A stretch of 64,000 nucleotides of DNA from Spirochaetia bacterium (lineage in GTDB: Bacteria > Spirochaetota > Spirochaetia > DSM-2461), in contig OY764216.1 in NCBI GenBank assembly GCA_963668315.1, positions 4,640,001-4,704,000 on the forward strand, written 5' to 3'. The translations under genes were made by a program, and so were the position numbers. Positions within the stretch are counted from its first letter, which is position 1. Each line of letters opens with the position of its first letter. Positions 39,026 to 48,383 of the stretch are shown here, in pieces. A model generated the notes under the pieces. It had not been told where the DNA came from. It was given only the letters and a program-made list of their open reading frames with translations, and ran no database searches.

Positions 39026-39468
39026 ACGGAAAAAACACCGCCGTTCCCGCGTCCTATCTCTACCTGGAAAGGGACGGCAAGATTCTTCTTTTGAAAAGGA
39101 AGGACACCGGTTATATGGACGGCTTCTACTCCCTCATTGCCGGACATGTGGAACGGGGAGAGAGTTTTACCGATTGCCTTGTCAGGGAGGCGCGGGAAGA
39201 AGCGGGAATTGTCATCAGGCCGGAGGATACCGAGGTGGTTCATATCATGTACCGCAACGACAGTTCCGATTTCACCAATCAGAGGGTGGATACGTTCTTT
39301 ACCGCGAATTCCTGGGAAGGAGCCCTGACCAACTGCGAACCGGAAAAGTGTGAAGAGCTGTCATGGATTGATAAAAATCGTCTGCCCGAGAAGATGATTC
39401 CCTATATAAGGGATGTGATTGAGTATATAGGCGAAGGAAAGAGATTTTCGGAAAGGGGATGGTCCTGA
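39022..39468 (+). CDS. NUDIX hydrolase
   Basis: GHVERGESFTDCLVREAREEAG Nudix box. Confidence 0.9.
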   Translation: MNGKNTAVPASYLYLERDGKILLLKRKDTGYMDGFYSLIAGHVERGESFTDCLVREAREEAGIVIRPEDTEVVHIMYRNDSSDFTNQRVDTFFTANSWEGALTNCEPEKCEELSWIDKNRLPEKMIPYIRDVIEYIGEGKRFSERGWS

Positions 39469-39495
39469 CGGGGAGCATCCCGCTCTCCCCGGGGT

Positions 39496-40341
39496 CTACT
39501 CGTTCCCGTCACCGGGCACGGAAATCTTTTCCACCCTCTCCTTCAGTGAGGATGAGAAAGAGATTTTGGGGACAAAGACAGCCGGTTTAGCCGGAATAGT
39601 CATCTCTTCCCCCGTGGCCGGATTCCGTCCCACCCGGGCTTTCTGGGGAGGCCGGACCTGGGCATAGACTTTACCCAGTCTTCCCAGGGGAACCTTCTCG
39701 CCCATGAGTATCCCCGTCTCCACCATGGCCTCATAGTCATCCAGAAATGCCCGGACATCCTTCTGGGTCATCCCGTGCCTCTGGGAAAGAAAGGAGACCA
39801 TGGTCTTCTTGGTAAAATGGTCGGGGCCCTCCCCTTCCACTCCGGTCAGATAGGTTTTATTTATCTTGACGAATCCGTTGGAAAGGAAAATCATGGCTTC
39901 CGATATTCGTTTGTTCTGTTTTTCCGGCTCCAGATCCTCAGGAGCCGCGGCGATACGGTACAGGGGTGATGTTTTCTTGAGCATGCGGCTTTCGAATTCG
40001 GCGCTTTTTTCCCGGGCGACACCGGAAACGAGAGAAATAGACCGCTCGACTATCATCTCGGGAACATCCTGACGAATCTTGATGCTGCTGTACTCCAGGC
40101 GGCATCCGTCCCCTTCATCGGCATAACAGGCAAGCAGGGATCCCGAAAAGGTGAGAGCAAGAAAGGCCCTGTTTTCTTCAGGCTCAAGGCTGTCCACTTC
40201 ATCAAGCTTGAGGTTTTCGGCCTGACCGGTAAACAGTATCTCCTTGTTCTCCCAGCTCTCTTCCACCCGTTCCATAGGCAGATCACCGAATGCGCCCTTT
40301 TCATACAAGGCCTTCAGATGCCTTTCTATCCTGTCGTTCAT
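39496..40341 (-). CDS. HU/IHF-family DNA-binding protein with ~185-aa N-terminal extension
   Basis: C-terminal ARVGRNPATGEEMTIPAK. Confidence 0.85.
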   Translation of the reverse strand: MNDRIERHLKALYEKGAFGDLPMERVEESWENKEILFTGQAENLKLDEVDSLEPEENRAFLALTFSGSLLACYADEGDGCRLEYSSIKIRQDVPEMIVERSISLVSGVAREKSAEFESRMLKKTSPLYRIAAAPEDLEPEKQNKRISEAMIFLSNGFVKINKTYLTGVEGEGPDHFTKKTMVSFLSQRHGMTQKDVRAFLDDYEAMVETGILMGEKVPLGRLGKVYAQVRPPQKARVGRNPATGEEMTIPAKPAVFVPKISFSSSLKERVEKISVPGDGNE

Positions 40342-40487
40342 AACTCGCCCTCCGTTCACTATTAACCCTATTGTAACACCGGAAGCTGTTTTTTACCATG
40401 CCTTCTGAAAATGTGTTTTCTATTCAGGGGTAATAGAGAGTCCTTTCCTTTTCTTTCTGCGGAAAAGAACCGGCTGAGTCGGTATTG

Positions 40488-40757
40488 TCAGCTGTTGGCG
40501 GCACACCCCGGACAGGAGCCGCCGTTGGAATTTGAGCTCTCGCATTTCTTGGCCGGACCAGTTGTGGAACTCTTACCCTTGGCATCATTTACATAAAAAC
40601 CGCTGCCCTTGAATATGATTCCCATTCCGCCTCCGATAAGGCGGCGAAGCTCATCCTTATTACACTGGGGGCAGGTGGTCAGAGCATCTTCAGCCATGGA
40701 CTGAAACTTCTCAAATGTATATCCGCATTCTTTGCATTCGTAATCGTATGTGGGCAT
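40488..40757 (-). CDS. FmdB-family zinc ribbon protein
   Basis: MPTYDYECKECG...CPQC...FKGSGFY. Confidence 0.9.
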   Translation of the reverse strand: MPTYDYECKECGYTFEKFQSMAEDALTTCPQCNKDELRRLIGGGMGIIFKGSGFYVNDAKGKSSTTGPAKKCESSNSNGGSCPGCAANS

Positions 40758-40892
40758 ATTTTCCTCGAAACTGTATTCTATTTCCCTTAATATACTAATT
40801 TTTTCATGGCATGACAAGTTTTGATGCTTTTTTTCCCGCCATGATAATCCTACGGACTTGCCCAGAAATATTCCCGTCCCTATACTGGCGGC

Positions 40893-41375
40893 ATGACAAT
40901 GGAAACGACTTTTGTAATGATAAAACCGGACGGAGTCAAAAGAGCTTTGACCGGACGGATCATAGACAGATTCGAACAGGCCGGACTGACGATCCGCGAG
41001 ATGAGGATGGTCCGGGCGGACAAGGTTCTGGCGGGCAGGCATTATGCCGAACACGAGGGAAAGTACTTTTTCGAACCTCTCACCGCTCTCCTCACATCAG
41101 GTCCGGTGGTGATTCTGGCACTGGAAGGGGCCGGTGCGGTGCAGGTGGTAAGGAAAATGGTCGGAGCGACCCAGCCTCTCGAAGCGGCACCCGGAACAAT
41201 CCGGGGCGACTTCTGCCATATGGGCTACGATCGCGCCAAGGAAACAATCGGGGTGATGTCCAACCTTATCCATGCCTCCGACTCGCTGGAGAGCGCCCGG
41301 CGGGAACTGGCACTCTGGTTTGAAACAACCGAATTCCACAGCGATTACCAGAGATACGATGCTCCCTGCTTCTAA
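40893..41375 (+). CDS. ndk: Nucleoside diphosphate kinase
   Basis: TFVMIKPDG, PGTIRGDF, NLIHASD. Confidence 0.95.
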   Translation: MTMETTFVMIKPDGVKRALTGRIIDRFEQAGLTIREMRMVRADKVLAGRHYAEHEGKYFFEPLTALLTSGPVVILALEGAGAVQVVRKMVGATQPLEAAPGTIRGDFCHMGYDRAKETIGVMSNLIHASDSLESARRELALWFETTEFHSDYQRYDAPCF

Positions 41376-41958
41376 GCCTTTCTGTCTGGTCTCCGCATCC
41401 CCCCGGAGAAAGGAACTTCTGGAACGCCTGGGACTGGCGCCCCTTGTCATCCCCGTTGATATGGAAGAGTTCCACGATCCTTCCCTCTCTCCCGACGAGC
41501 TGACATTATCCCTGGCCAAACAGAAAATGGCAGCCTTCCATCGCCTGCCCGAAAAGAAACATCCCGATTTCAGCGCAGCCCTGACCGCCGATACCATCGT
41601 TCATATTGACGGACGGCATCTGGGAAAACCGGCGGACAGAATGGAAGCGGCTTCCATGCTCCGGCTCCTTTCGGGCAGGGAACACCGTGTTTCCACAGGC
41701 TTTGTCCTGACGGTGGGAGAGAAACTTCACGAAGAAGTCGTCTCGACCCAGGTTTGCTTTAACAGGCTGTCCGAATCGGATATCGATTTTTATCTTAGCT
41801 CGGGCGAATGGCACGACGCGGCGGGTGCCTACAAAATCCAGCAGCGGGGGGAAATCATGATAAATTGGATAAAAGGCTCCTGGAGCAATGTCATGGGGTT
41901 GCCAATTTCGCGGATTTATGCCATCTTAAGGGACAATTATTTTTGGACGGAAATGTAG
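41359..41958 (+). CDS. maf: Maf nucleotide pyrophosphatase
   Basis: SASPRRKELL, ADTIV, GKP, AGAY, NVMGLP. Confidence 0.92.
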   Translation: MLPASKPFCLVSASPRRKELLERLGLAPLVIPVDMEEFHDPSLSPDELTLSLAKQKMAAFHRLPEKKHPDFSAALTADTIVHIDGRHLGKPADRMEAASMLRLLSGREHRVSTGFVLTVGEKLHEEVVSTQVCFNRLSESDIDFYLSSGEWHDAAGAYKIQQRGEIMINWIKGSWSNVMGLPISRIYAILRDNYFWTEM

Positions 41959-42070
41959 ATATTTTTACAGAACCGTCCCTCAAGGATTTCAGTGAAATCC
42001 AAATCTTCCGGTAACCAGCCCGAGAAATATGAGAAGGACCGTAAGAAGACTTACGGATCAAGGAGGCCGA

Positions 42071-42862
42071 ATGGCAGTAGTAACAATGAAAAACCTGCTC
42101 GAATCAGGTGTTCATTTTGGTCATCAGACCAAACGTTGGGATCCCCGCATGAAGAAATACATTTTCTCTCAGAGAAACGGGATTCACATCATCGATCTTC
42201 AGAAGACCAGCGGGGCAATTAAAGAAGCCTACGAAGTGGTCAGAGCAACCGTACGGGACGGAAAATCCATTCTGTTCGTAGGTACCAAAAAGCAGGCGCA
42301 GGCCGCTATCGAAAGAGAAGCCAAGAGATGCGAGATGTTCTACGTGAACAACCGCTGGCCCGGTGGTATGATGACCAACTTCTCCACCATCAAAAAGTCT
42401 CTCCACAGACTCAAGAAGATTGAGAAGATGGAAGTTGACGGAACTTTCGAACAGCTGACCAAGAAAGAGATTTCCCGTCTGCTCAAAGAAAAAGCAAAAA
42501 TGGAAAAGAGCCTTGGCGGTATCAAGGATATGACCGAACTCCCCGGAGCTCTTTTCATCATCGATACAAGAAAAGAGGCTATTGCCGTGGCAGAAGCCCA
42601 GAGACTGGGAATCCCCATCATTGCCGTTGTGGATACGAACTGTAACCCCGAAGGTATTGATCATCCCATTCCCGGTAATGATGACGCCATCAGAGCCATC
42701 AGCCTTTTTACGAAACTGATTTCAGACGCTGTTCTCGAAGCAGATAACGAAGTGGGACTCGAAGTAATCGAGACCCTCCAGGAAGACGAGCAGACTCCTT
42801 TCGCCTCCAAGCCTAAGGAAGATGACGACGATATGGACGATGAAGAGGAGACTGAAGAATAA
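42071..42862 (+). CDS. rpsB: 30S ribosomal protein S2
   Basis: [21 protein letters not shown]. Confidence 0.98.
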   Translation: MAVVTMKNLLESGVHFGHQTKRWDPRMKKYIFSQRNGIHIIDLQKTSGAIKEAYEVVRATVRDGKSILFVGTKKQAQAAIEREAKRCEMFYVNNRWPGGMMTNFSTIKKSLHRLKKIEKMEVDGTFEQLTKKEISRLLKEKAKMEKSLGGIKDMTELPGALFIIDTRKEAIAVAEAQRLGIPIIAVVDTNCNPEGIDHPIPGNDDAIRAISLFTKLISDAVLEADNEVGLEVIETLQEDEQTPFASKPKEDDDDMDDEEETEE

Positions 42863-43698
42863 TGGCTGTAACTCCCGCTGACGTAAAAAAATTAAGAGAC
42901 GCTACCGATGCCGGTATGCTTGACTGCAAGAAGGCTCTTATCGAAGCCGACGGCGACTTTTCCAAGGCTGAAAAAATCCTTAAAGAAAAAGGTCTTGCCA
43001 GTGCGGGAAAGAGAGCAGGCAGAGCAACCAGTGCCGGTATCATTTTTACTCATATTACCGATACCAAGGCCGCTGCCCTTGAACTCAACTGCGAAACCGA
43101 TTTCGTTGCCAAGACCGATCAGTTTCTCGCGACAGGTAACAACCTGGCGAAAACCTGTGTGGAAAAGGGTTACAGCGAAGTAAACGAAGAGCTTGATACC
43201 ATGGTCAAGGAGGCTATCGCCATCCTCAAAGAGAACATGGGAATCAAGAAGATAGAGCTTATGGATATTGCCGAAGACGAAGTCGTGGTGGAATACAGCC
43301 ACAATGGCGGACAGATTGGCGTTCTCGTGAAGCTCAAGTGCGACAGCCCCGCCACCTGTGCCAAGGAAGAAGTCAAGGCTCTTGCCTTTGACCTTGCCCT
43401 CCACGGTGCCGCATTCAATCCTCCCTACCTCAACAGAGGCGCTGTTCCCGAAGATTACATCAAGGAACAGGAGGAAATCTTCAACACCCAGGCTCAGAAT
43501 ATGGACAAGCCCGCCAATGTCGTTGCCGGTATTGTCAAAGGTAAACTGAACAAGCACCTTTCCCAGATCTGTTTTGTCGATCAGAACTTCGTTAAGGATG
43601 ATAAAGTTACCGTTAAGAAAGCCATTGAAGATGTGGCGAAATCCGTAGGCGGTTCCATTGAACTGTCCGGTTACTCCTACTTCATGGTAGGTCAGTAA
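42862..43698 (+). CDS. tsf: Elongation factor Ts
   Basis: AGMLDCKKAL, ELNCETDFVA. Confidence 0.97.
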   Translation: MAVTPADVKKLRDATDAGMLDCKKALIEADGDFSKAEKILKEKGLASAGKRAGRATSAGIIFTHITDTKAAALELNCETDFVAKTDQFLATGNNLAKTCVEKGYSEVNEELDTMVKEAIAILKENMGIKKIELMDIAEDEVVVEYSHNGGQIGVLVKLKCDSPATCAKEEVKALAFDLALHGAAFNPPYLNRGAVPEDYIKEQEEIFNTQAQNMDKPANVVAGIVKGKLNKHLSQICFVDQNFVKDDKVTVKKAIEDVAKSVGGSIELSGYSYFMVGQ

Positions 43699-43711
43699 AA
43701 CGTAATTTACA

Positions 43712-43751
43712 GGGACTGCCTCTCAAGGGGGGCGGTCCTTTCTTTTTTTTT
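43712..43751 (+). terminator. Rho-independent terminator after tsf
   Basis: GGACTGCC...GGCGGTCC followed by T run. Confidence 0.7.
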
Positions 43752-43787
43752 ACATGTGTACGGTCTGCCGTATATAAGGAGGATGAT

Positions 43788-44330
43788 ATGGATACAATTA
43801 TGAAGGACGGCGAAAGCAGAATGCAGAAGAGCGTCAAAGCTCTTAAGGATGATTTCAACACCATTCGTACCGGCAGAGCTTCGGCATCGCTTTTTGATAA
43901 GGTTAGTGCCGATTATTACGGTACCCCTACTCCGCTGAACCAGATAGCCAATATTTCCATTCCGGAAGCGAGACTTATCGTTATCCAGCCCTTCGACAAG
44001 AACGCCCTCAATGATATTGAAAGGGCTATCCAGACTTCCGAACTGGGTCTTAACCCCTCCAATGACGGAAAAGTTATCCGCATCAACATTCCCCCTTTGA
44101 CGGAAGAGAGAAGAAAAGACCTGGTTAAACAGGCCAAAAATATGGCGGAGCAGGCGAAAGTCGCCGTAAGAAATATCCGCAGGGATATCAACGACGCCAT
44201 CAAGAAGGGCGATTTTACCGAAGATGAAAAGAAGAAAGCTTCCGATGATGCGCAGAAGCTGACCGATTCTTACATCGCCAGCATAGGTAAGGTTGCCGAA
44301 GACAAAGAAAAGGAAATAATGGAGATATAA
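43788..44330 (+). CDS. frr: Ribosome recycling factor
   Basis: IRTGRA, YYG, PPLTEERRK, VRNIRRD. Confidence 0.97.
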   Translation: MDTIMKDGESRMQKSVKALKDDFNTIRTGRASASLFDKVSADYYGTPTPLNQIANISIPEARLIVIQPFDKNALNDIERAIQTSELGLNPSNDGKVIRINIPPLTEERRKDLVKQAKNMAEQAKVAVRNIRRDINDAIKKGDFTEDEKKKASDDAQKLTDSYIASIGKVAEDKEKEIMEI

Positions 44331-45046
44331 TGACTCCCGATCCCATGCCGGTCCCAGAACATGTGGGAATCATTATGGACGGAAACGGCCGCTGGGCCGA
44401 GTCCCGGGGTTTTAAGCGTTCCAAAGGACACCGTGAAGGTGTCACCCGGGCCAAGGCCATAGTAAAAAAAGCTGCCGATCTGGGTATCAGATACCTCTCG
44501 CTCTATGTCTTTTCCACGGAAAACTGGAAAAGAGCGGAGGACGAGGTATCCTTTCTTATGGTACTGATCAAACAGTACCTGAAGCAGGAATACCAGTTTT
44601 ATATCGATAATCGTATCCGTGTCATTCACTCAGGCAGGCGGGAGGATCTTCCTGCCGACGTACTCAACGATATAGACATGGTTGTGGAAAAGACAAAGGA
44701 TTTCACCGGGCTTACCGTGAATCTTCTTATTAACTACGGCGGCAAGGACGAAATAGTCCGCGCCGTTCAGTCCATAGTCAGAGAAGGTATCAAAGCCGAA
44801 GATATCACCGAAGAACTCATTGACGGTTTTCTCGATAACGGACCTCTTCCTCCGGCGGATCTTATCATCCGGACTGGGGGAGATATGCGTTCAAGCAATT
44901 TCCTTGTATGGCAGGCCGCATACGGGGAATTTTTCTTTTCCCCCAAACTCTGGCCTGATTTCACACCGGAAGACCTGGAAGAAGCCATACAGGTTTTCGG
45001 AAAAAGAGACCGCCGCTGGGGAGGATATAACAGTGAAAATAGGTAA
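44330..45046 (+). CDS. uppS: Undecaprenyl diphosphate synthase
   Basis: IIMDGNGRWA, FSTENWKR, IIRTGG. Confidence 0.95.
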   Translation: MTPDPMPVPEHVGIIMDGNGRWAESRGFKRSKGHREGVTRAKAIVKKAADLGIRYLSLYVFSTENWKRAEDEVSFLMVLIKQYLKQEYQFYIDNRIRVIHSGRREDLPADVLNDIDMVVEKTKDFTGLTVNLLINYGGKDEIVRAVQSIVREGIKAEDITEELIDGFLDNGPLPPADLIIRTGGDMRSSNFLVWQAAYGEFFFSPKLWPDFTPEDLEEAIQVFGKRDRRWGGYNSENR

Positions 45047-45902
45047 TACGGGCAAGCGCGTAATTCTTTTTGTCCTCGCTTTTCCCATACTGGGGACGAT
45101 TATAGGACTGCTCCCCCATTTCCACCACCTGGCGGCCAACATCACGATCGTAGTGGTGACCATTCTCTCCACCAGAGAGCTGGGGATCATGTTCGCCCAG
45201 GCGGGATTCGGCATTAAGAACCCCTACTATCCCCTACTCAGCGGTCTTATGCCTCTCTGCCAGTACTTGATAGTTGCCGGGGTATTAAGCGAATCCTTCA
45301 TGATTCTGCTCATCGTTCTCCTGGTCTCAATAAATCTGATTTATCCCGTCTTCTGCCGGGACAAGGAAAATGTGATCAAGGCGGTATCCACCGTTCCTGT
45401 GGCGATACTTCTGCTTATCTATCCGGCCATGTTTTTCTCTTACATCACAAGCATATCCTTCTTTCCCCACGCCACCTATTTCCTCGTCTTCTTTCTCCTG
45501 CTTGTCTACTTGAATGATTCATCGGCCTGGCTGTTCGGCGTTCTCTTCGGCAAAAAGAAAAATGTTTTCGCTGTCAGCCCTTCGAAGAGCCGAGAAGGTT
45601 TCTTCGGCGGTTTTTTCGCCTCCTTTATCGTCTCCTTTCTTTTTATTGTCTACCTGCCCCGCTTTATTGACGACCTCGAGCCGGGGTCGATTATTCTGGC
45701 TGTTTCCATGGCCCTGATATGCGGCGCCACGACAATACTCGGCGATCTGGCGGAATCGGCGCTCAAACGCTACACGAATGTGAAGGATTCGGGAGACATG
45801 ATCATGGGACGGGGCGGACTTCTTGATTCGGTCGACTCCCTCCTGATCACGGCGCCCGTCTTTTTCTATTTCATCAGTTTTTACCTGGGGTTATTCGCTT
45901 GA
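45033..45902 (+). CDS. cdsA: Phosphatidate cytidylyltransferase
   Basis: VSPSKS.EG, GDLAESALKR, KDSG, GGLLD; GTG start. Confidence 0.92.
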   Translation: MKIGNTGKRVILFVLAFPILGTIIGLLPHFHHLAANITIVVVTILSTRELGIMFAQAGFGIKNPYYPLLSGLMPLCQYLIVAGVLSESFMILLIVLLVSINLIYPVFCRDKENVIKAVSTVPVAILLLIYPAMFFSYITSISFFPHATYFLVFFLLLVYLNDSSAWLFGVLFGKKKNVFAVSPSKSREGFFGGFFASFIVSFLFIVYLPRFIDDLEPGSIILAVSMALICGATTILGDLAESALKRYTNVKDSGDMIMGRGGLLDSVDSLLITAPVFFYFISFYLGLFA

Positions 45903-47026
45903 AGAAGGTCATTGTTTTAGGCTGTACCGGTTCCATCGGTGCCAGCACCATGGATATAATCACCCGCTTCTCCGACGATTTCACCGTTGCCGCCCTGTCC
46001 GCCCATTCCCACAAGGATGCCCTTCTAACTTTCAAGAAAGACTTTCCCGGCGCGAAGCTTGTCCTCACCGGCCATGATGAACCCTGCGAAGGTATGGACT
46101 ACACGGGCACGTCCGGTCTCCTCAGAATGCTGGAAGAAACAGAGGCGGATATCGTGGTGAACGGAATTGCCGGAGCTGCCGGCCTTCTTCCCTCGGTCAA
46201 GAGCCTTGAAACCGGAAAGGATCTGGCCCTGGCCAACAAGGAGACGGTCGTTACGGGGGGAGACCTCATTTTCGATCTCTCCCGCAAAACGGGCCGGACC
46301 ATACTCCCCGTTGACTCGGAACACTCCGCCCTCTTTCACCTGCTCCAGAACAGGGACCCCGAGACCGTTTCTGAACTTATCCTGACGGCGTCAGGCGGTC
46401 CCTTCGCCGATATGGCCTATGAAGATCAGAAGCGCGTTACTCCGGCACAGGCACTTAAGCACCCGAACTGGGACATGGGGGCTAAAATCACCATAGATTC
46501 CGCCTCCCTCGCCAATAAGGGGCTTGAAGTAATCGAAGCCTGGAAACTCTTTCATCTCCCTCTGGACCGCATCTCCGTTCTTGTCCACAGGCAGAGCCTT
46601 GTCCATTCCCTGATCCGCACTAAGGACAACGCCCTGTACGGTCAGTTCAGCGCTCCCGATATGAAGCTTCCCATTCAGAACGCGTTGTTCTATCCCGAGC
46701 TGCGTCCCGTGGAAGCCGCTTATACCGATCTCTGCGGTCCGGCACTGACCTTTGAGAAACCCGACATGGAACGTTTTCCCATGCTCTCCCTGGCCTACAG
46801 GGCGGCAGGAACCGCCGGTGCGGCACCCATAGTTTACAACGGCTGCAACGAAGTAGCCGTGGCCGCATTCCTCAAGGAAAGAATCGGCTTCACCCAGATA
46901 GCCGAAATAACCGAAGCCATGCTGGATAAGAATTGGTCCGATCCGGGAAAAACCCTGGAGGGAATCCAGGAAACGGACAGATTAGTCCGTATAGAAACCG
47001 AACGCTATATCGGAGAGATGCTATGA
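45899..47026 (+). CDS. dxr: 1-deoxy-D-xylulose 5-phosphate reductoisomerase
   Basis: LGCTGSIG, LANKE, PVDSEH, HPNWDMG. Confidence 0.96.
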   Translation: MKKVIVLGCTGSIGASTMDIITRFSDDFTVAALSAHSHKDALLTFKKDFPGAKLVLTGHDEPCEGMDYTGTSGLLRMLEETEADIVVNGIAGAAGLLPSVKSLETGKDLALANKETVVTGGDLIFDLSRKTGRTILPVDSEHSALFHLLQNRDPETVSELILTASGGPFADMAYEDQKRVTPAQALKHPNWDMGAKITIDSASLANKGLEVIEAWKLFHLPLDRISVLVHRQSLVHSLIRTKDNALYGQFSAPDMKLPIQNALFYPELRPVEAAYTDLCGPALTFEKPDMERFPMLSLAYRAAGTAGAAPIVYNGCNEVAVAAFLKERIGFTQIAEITEAMLDKNWSDPGKTLEGIQETDRLVRIETERYIGEML

Positions 47027-48381
47027 CCATTCAGGCTCTTGTCCAGATAATTCTGGGTCTTCTGGGCCTGACGATCGTTATCTCCGTACATGAACTTGGC
47101 CATTTTGCCGCTGCACGCCTTTTTAAAGTGGATGTAATGACCTTTTCCATAGGAATCGGGAAAAAGATTCTTGTCCTAAAGGGAAAGAAAACGGAATGGG
47201 CCCTGTCTCTCCTACCCCTTGGCGGATACTGCCGGCTTAAGGGGGAACAGAACTTTATCCAGGCCTGGGAAGAGAAAAGCGATGAAATTCCCTATGAGAA
47301 GGGCTCCCTTTTTTCCGCCTCCTGGTGGCAGAGGATTATAATTGCCCTGGCAGGTCCGGCAGCCAATCTGATTTTCGGAGCCCTGATTCTCTCTCTGGTC
47401 TCCTTGATCCGTTTTCCCATAAACTATACCGATCCGGTAATTGTCCCCGTTTCCCGCTATGACAACAGTACCGAATGGCCCGTTGATAAGGCAGGCCTCG
47501 AAGGGGGAGACAGGATTACGGCTATCAACGGAAATCCCGTGACACGTTTTGCCGATATTCAGGAGAATGTCATCCTGGCGGGGGGCAAAGCTCTCACTTT
47601 CACAGTGGAAAGGGACGGGGAAAGTTTCGAGAAGGAGATTATTCCTGCCCTTAACAAACAGAACGGGACCGGCTATATAGGGGTCTATCCCTGGATCACG
47701 CCCCGGGTTACCTCCGTGGGAGAGAAATCGGTCTTTTCCTTCCTTTCTCCCGGAGATCTTATCATATCTCTCAACGGCAGAGACGTGGAAAACACCATGG
47801 ATTTCTTTACCATCCTGGAAGAGAGCGATAACCGGGTAGACAGGGTCACCGTTATATCCGCCGATAATGAAATCAGAAACTACACACCAGACCTTCTGGT
47901 GATAGAGGGCGACAGCTACCCGGGATTTCCCTATAAGAGCAAACTTTCCCCGGCCTACAACCCCCTGCAGGCCCTAAGGGAAGGTACGGCTCAGATGAGA
48001 CAGATGTTTCTGAGAACCATACAGAGCACTTCGCTCCTTTTCAAGGGAATCGAACTGAATACGGCTCTGTCCGGTCCCCTGAGAATCTCCTGGATGACCG
48101 GAGAAGTCGCCCTTTCCAGCTTCAGCCTGGGAGCCCGCGCGGGATTCAACAGAATCATTCAGTTCCTGGCCCTTATCTGTTCCGCCCTCGCCTTTGTCAA
48201 TCTCCTTCCCATTCCCGTTCTTGACGGAGGCCAGATTGTCCTCTATCTGATCGACGGTCTCCGCCGCAAAAGGCTCACACCGGGGTTTATATATTATTAT
48301 CAGCTGGTGGGAACGGTATTTGTCATATTCCTCGCCCTCTTCGCCACCGGCAACGATCTTCTGTTTTTTCTTAGGAGTTGA
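47023..48381 (+). CDS. rseP: RIP metalloprotease RseP
   Basis: HELGH, PDZ domains, NLLPIPVLDGG. Confidence 0.94.
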   Translation: MTIQALVQIILGLLGLTIVISVHELGHFAAARLFKVDVMTFSIGIGKKILVLKGKKTEWALSLLPLGGYCRLKGEQNFIQAWEEKSDEIPYEKGSLFSASWWQRIIIALAGPAANLIFGALILSLVSLIRFPINYTDPVIVPVSRYDNSTEWPVDKAGLEGGDRITAINGNPVTRFADIQENVILAGGKALTFTVERDGESFEKEIIPALNKQNGTGYIGVYPWITPRVTSVGEKSVFSFLSPGDLIISLNGRDVENTMDFFTILEESDNRVDRVTVISADNEIRNYTPDLLVIEGDSYPGFPYKSKLSPAYNPLQALREGTAQMRQMFLRTIQSTSLLFKGIELNTALSGPLRISWMTGEVALSSFSLGARAGFNRIIQFLALICSALAFVNLLPIPVLDGGQIVLYLIDGLRRKRLTPGFIYYYQLVGTVFVIFLALFATGNDLLFFLRS

Positions 48382-48383
48382 TT

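Noticed and set aside
41960..42070. S2 autoregulatory leader before rpsB
   Set aside because: Hairpins present but conserved motifs not confidently recognised
43698..43788. Missing pyrH between tsf and frr
   Set aside because: Usual arrangement in spirochaetes; no remnant seen
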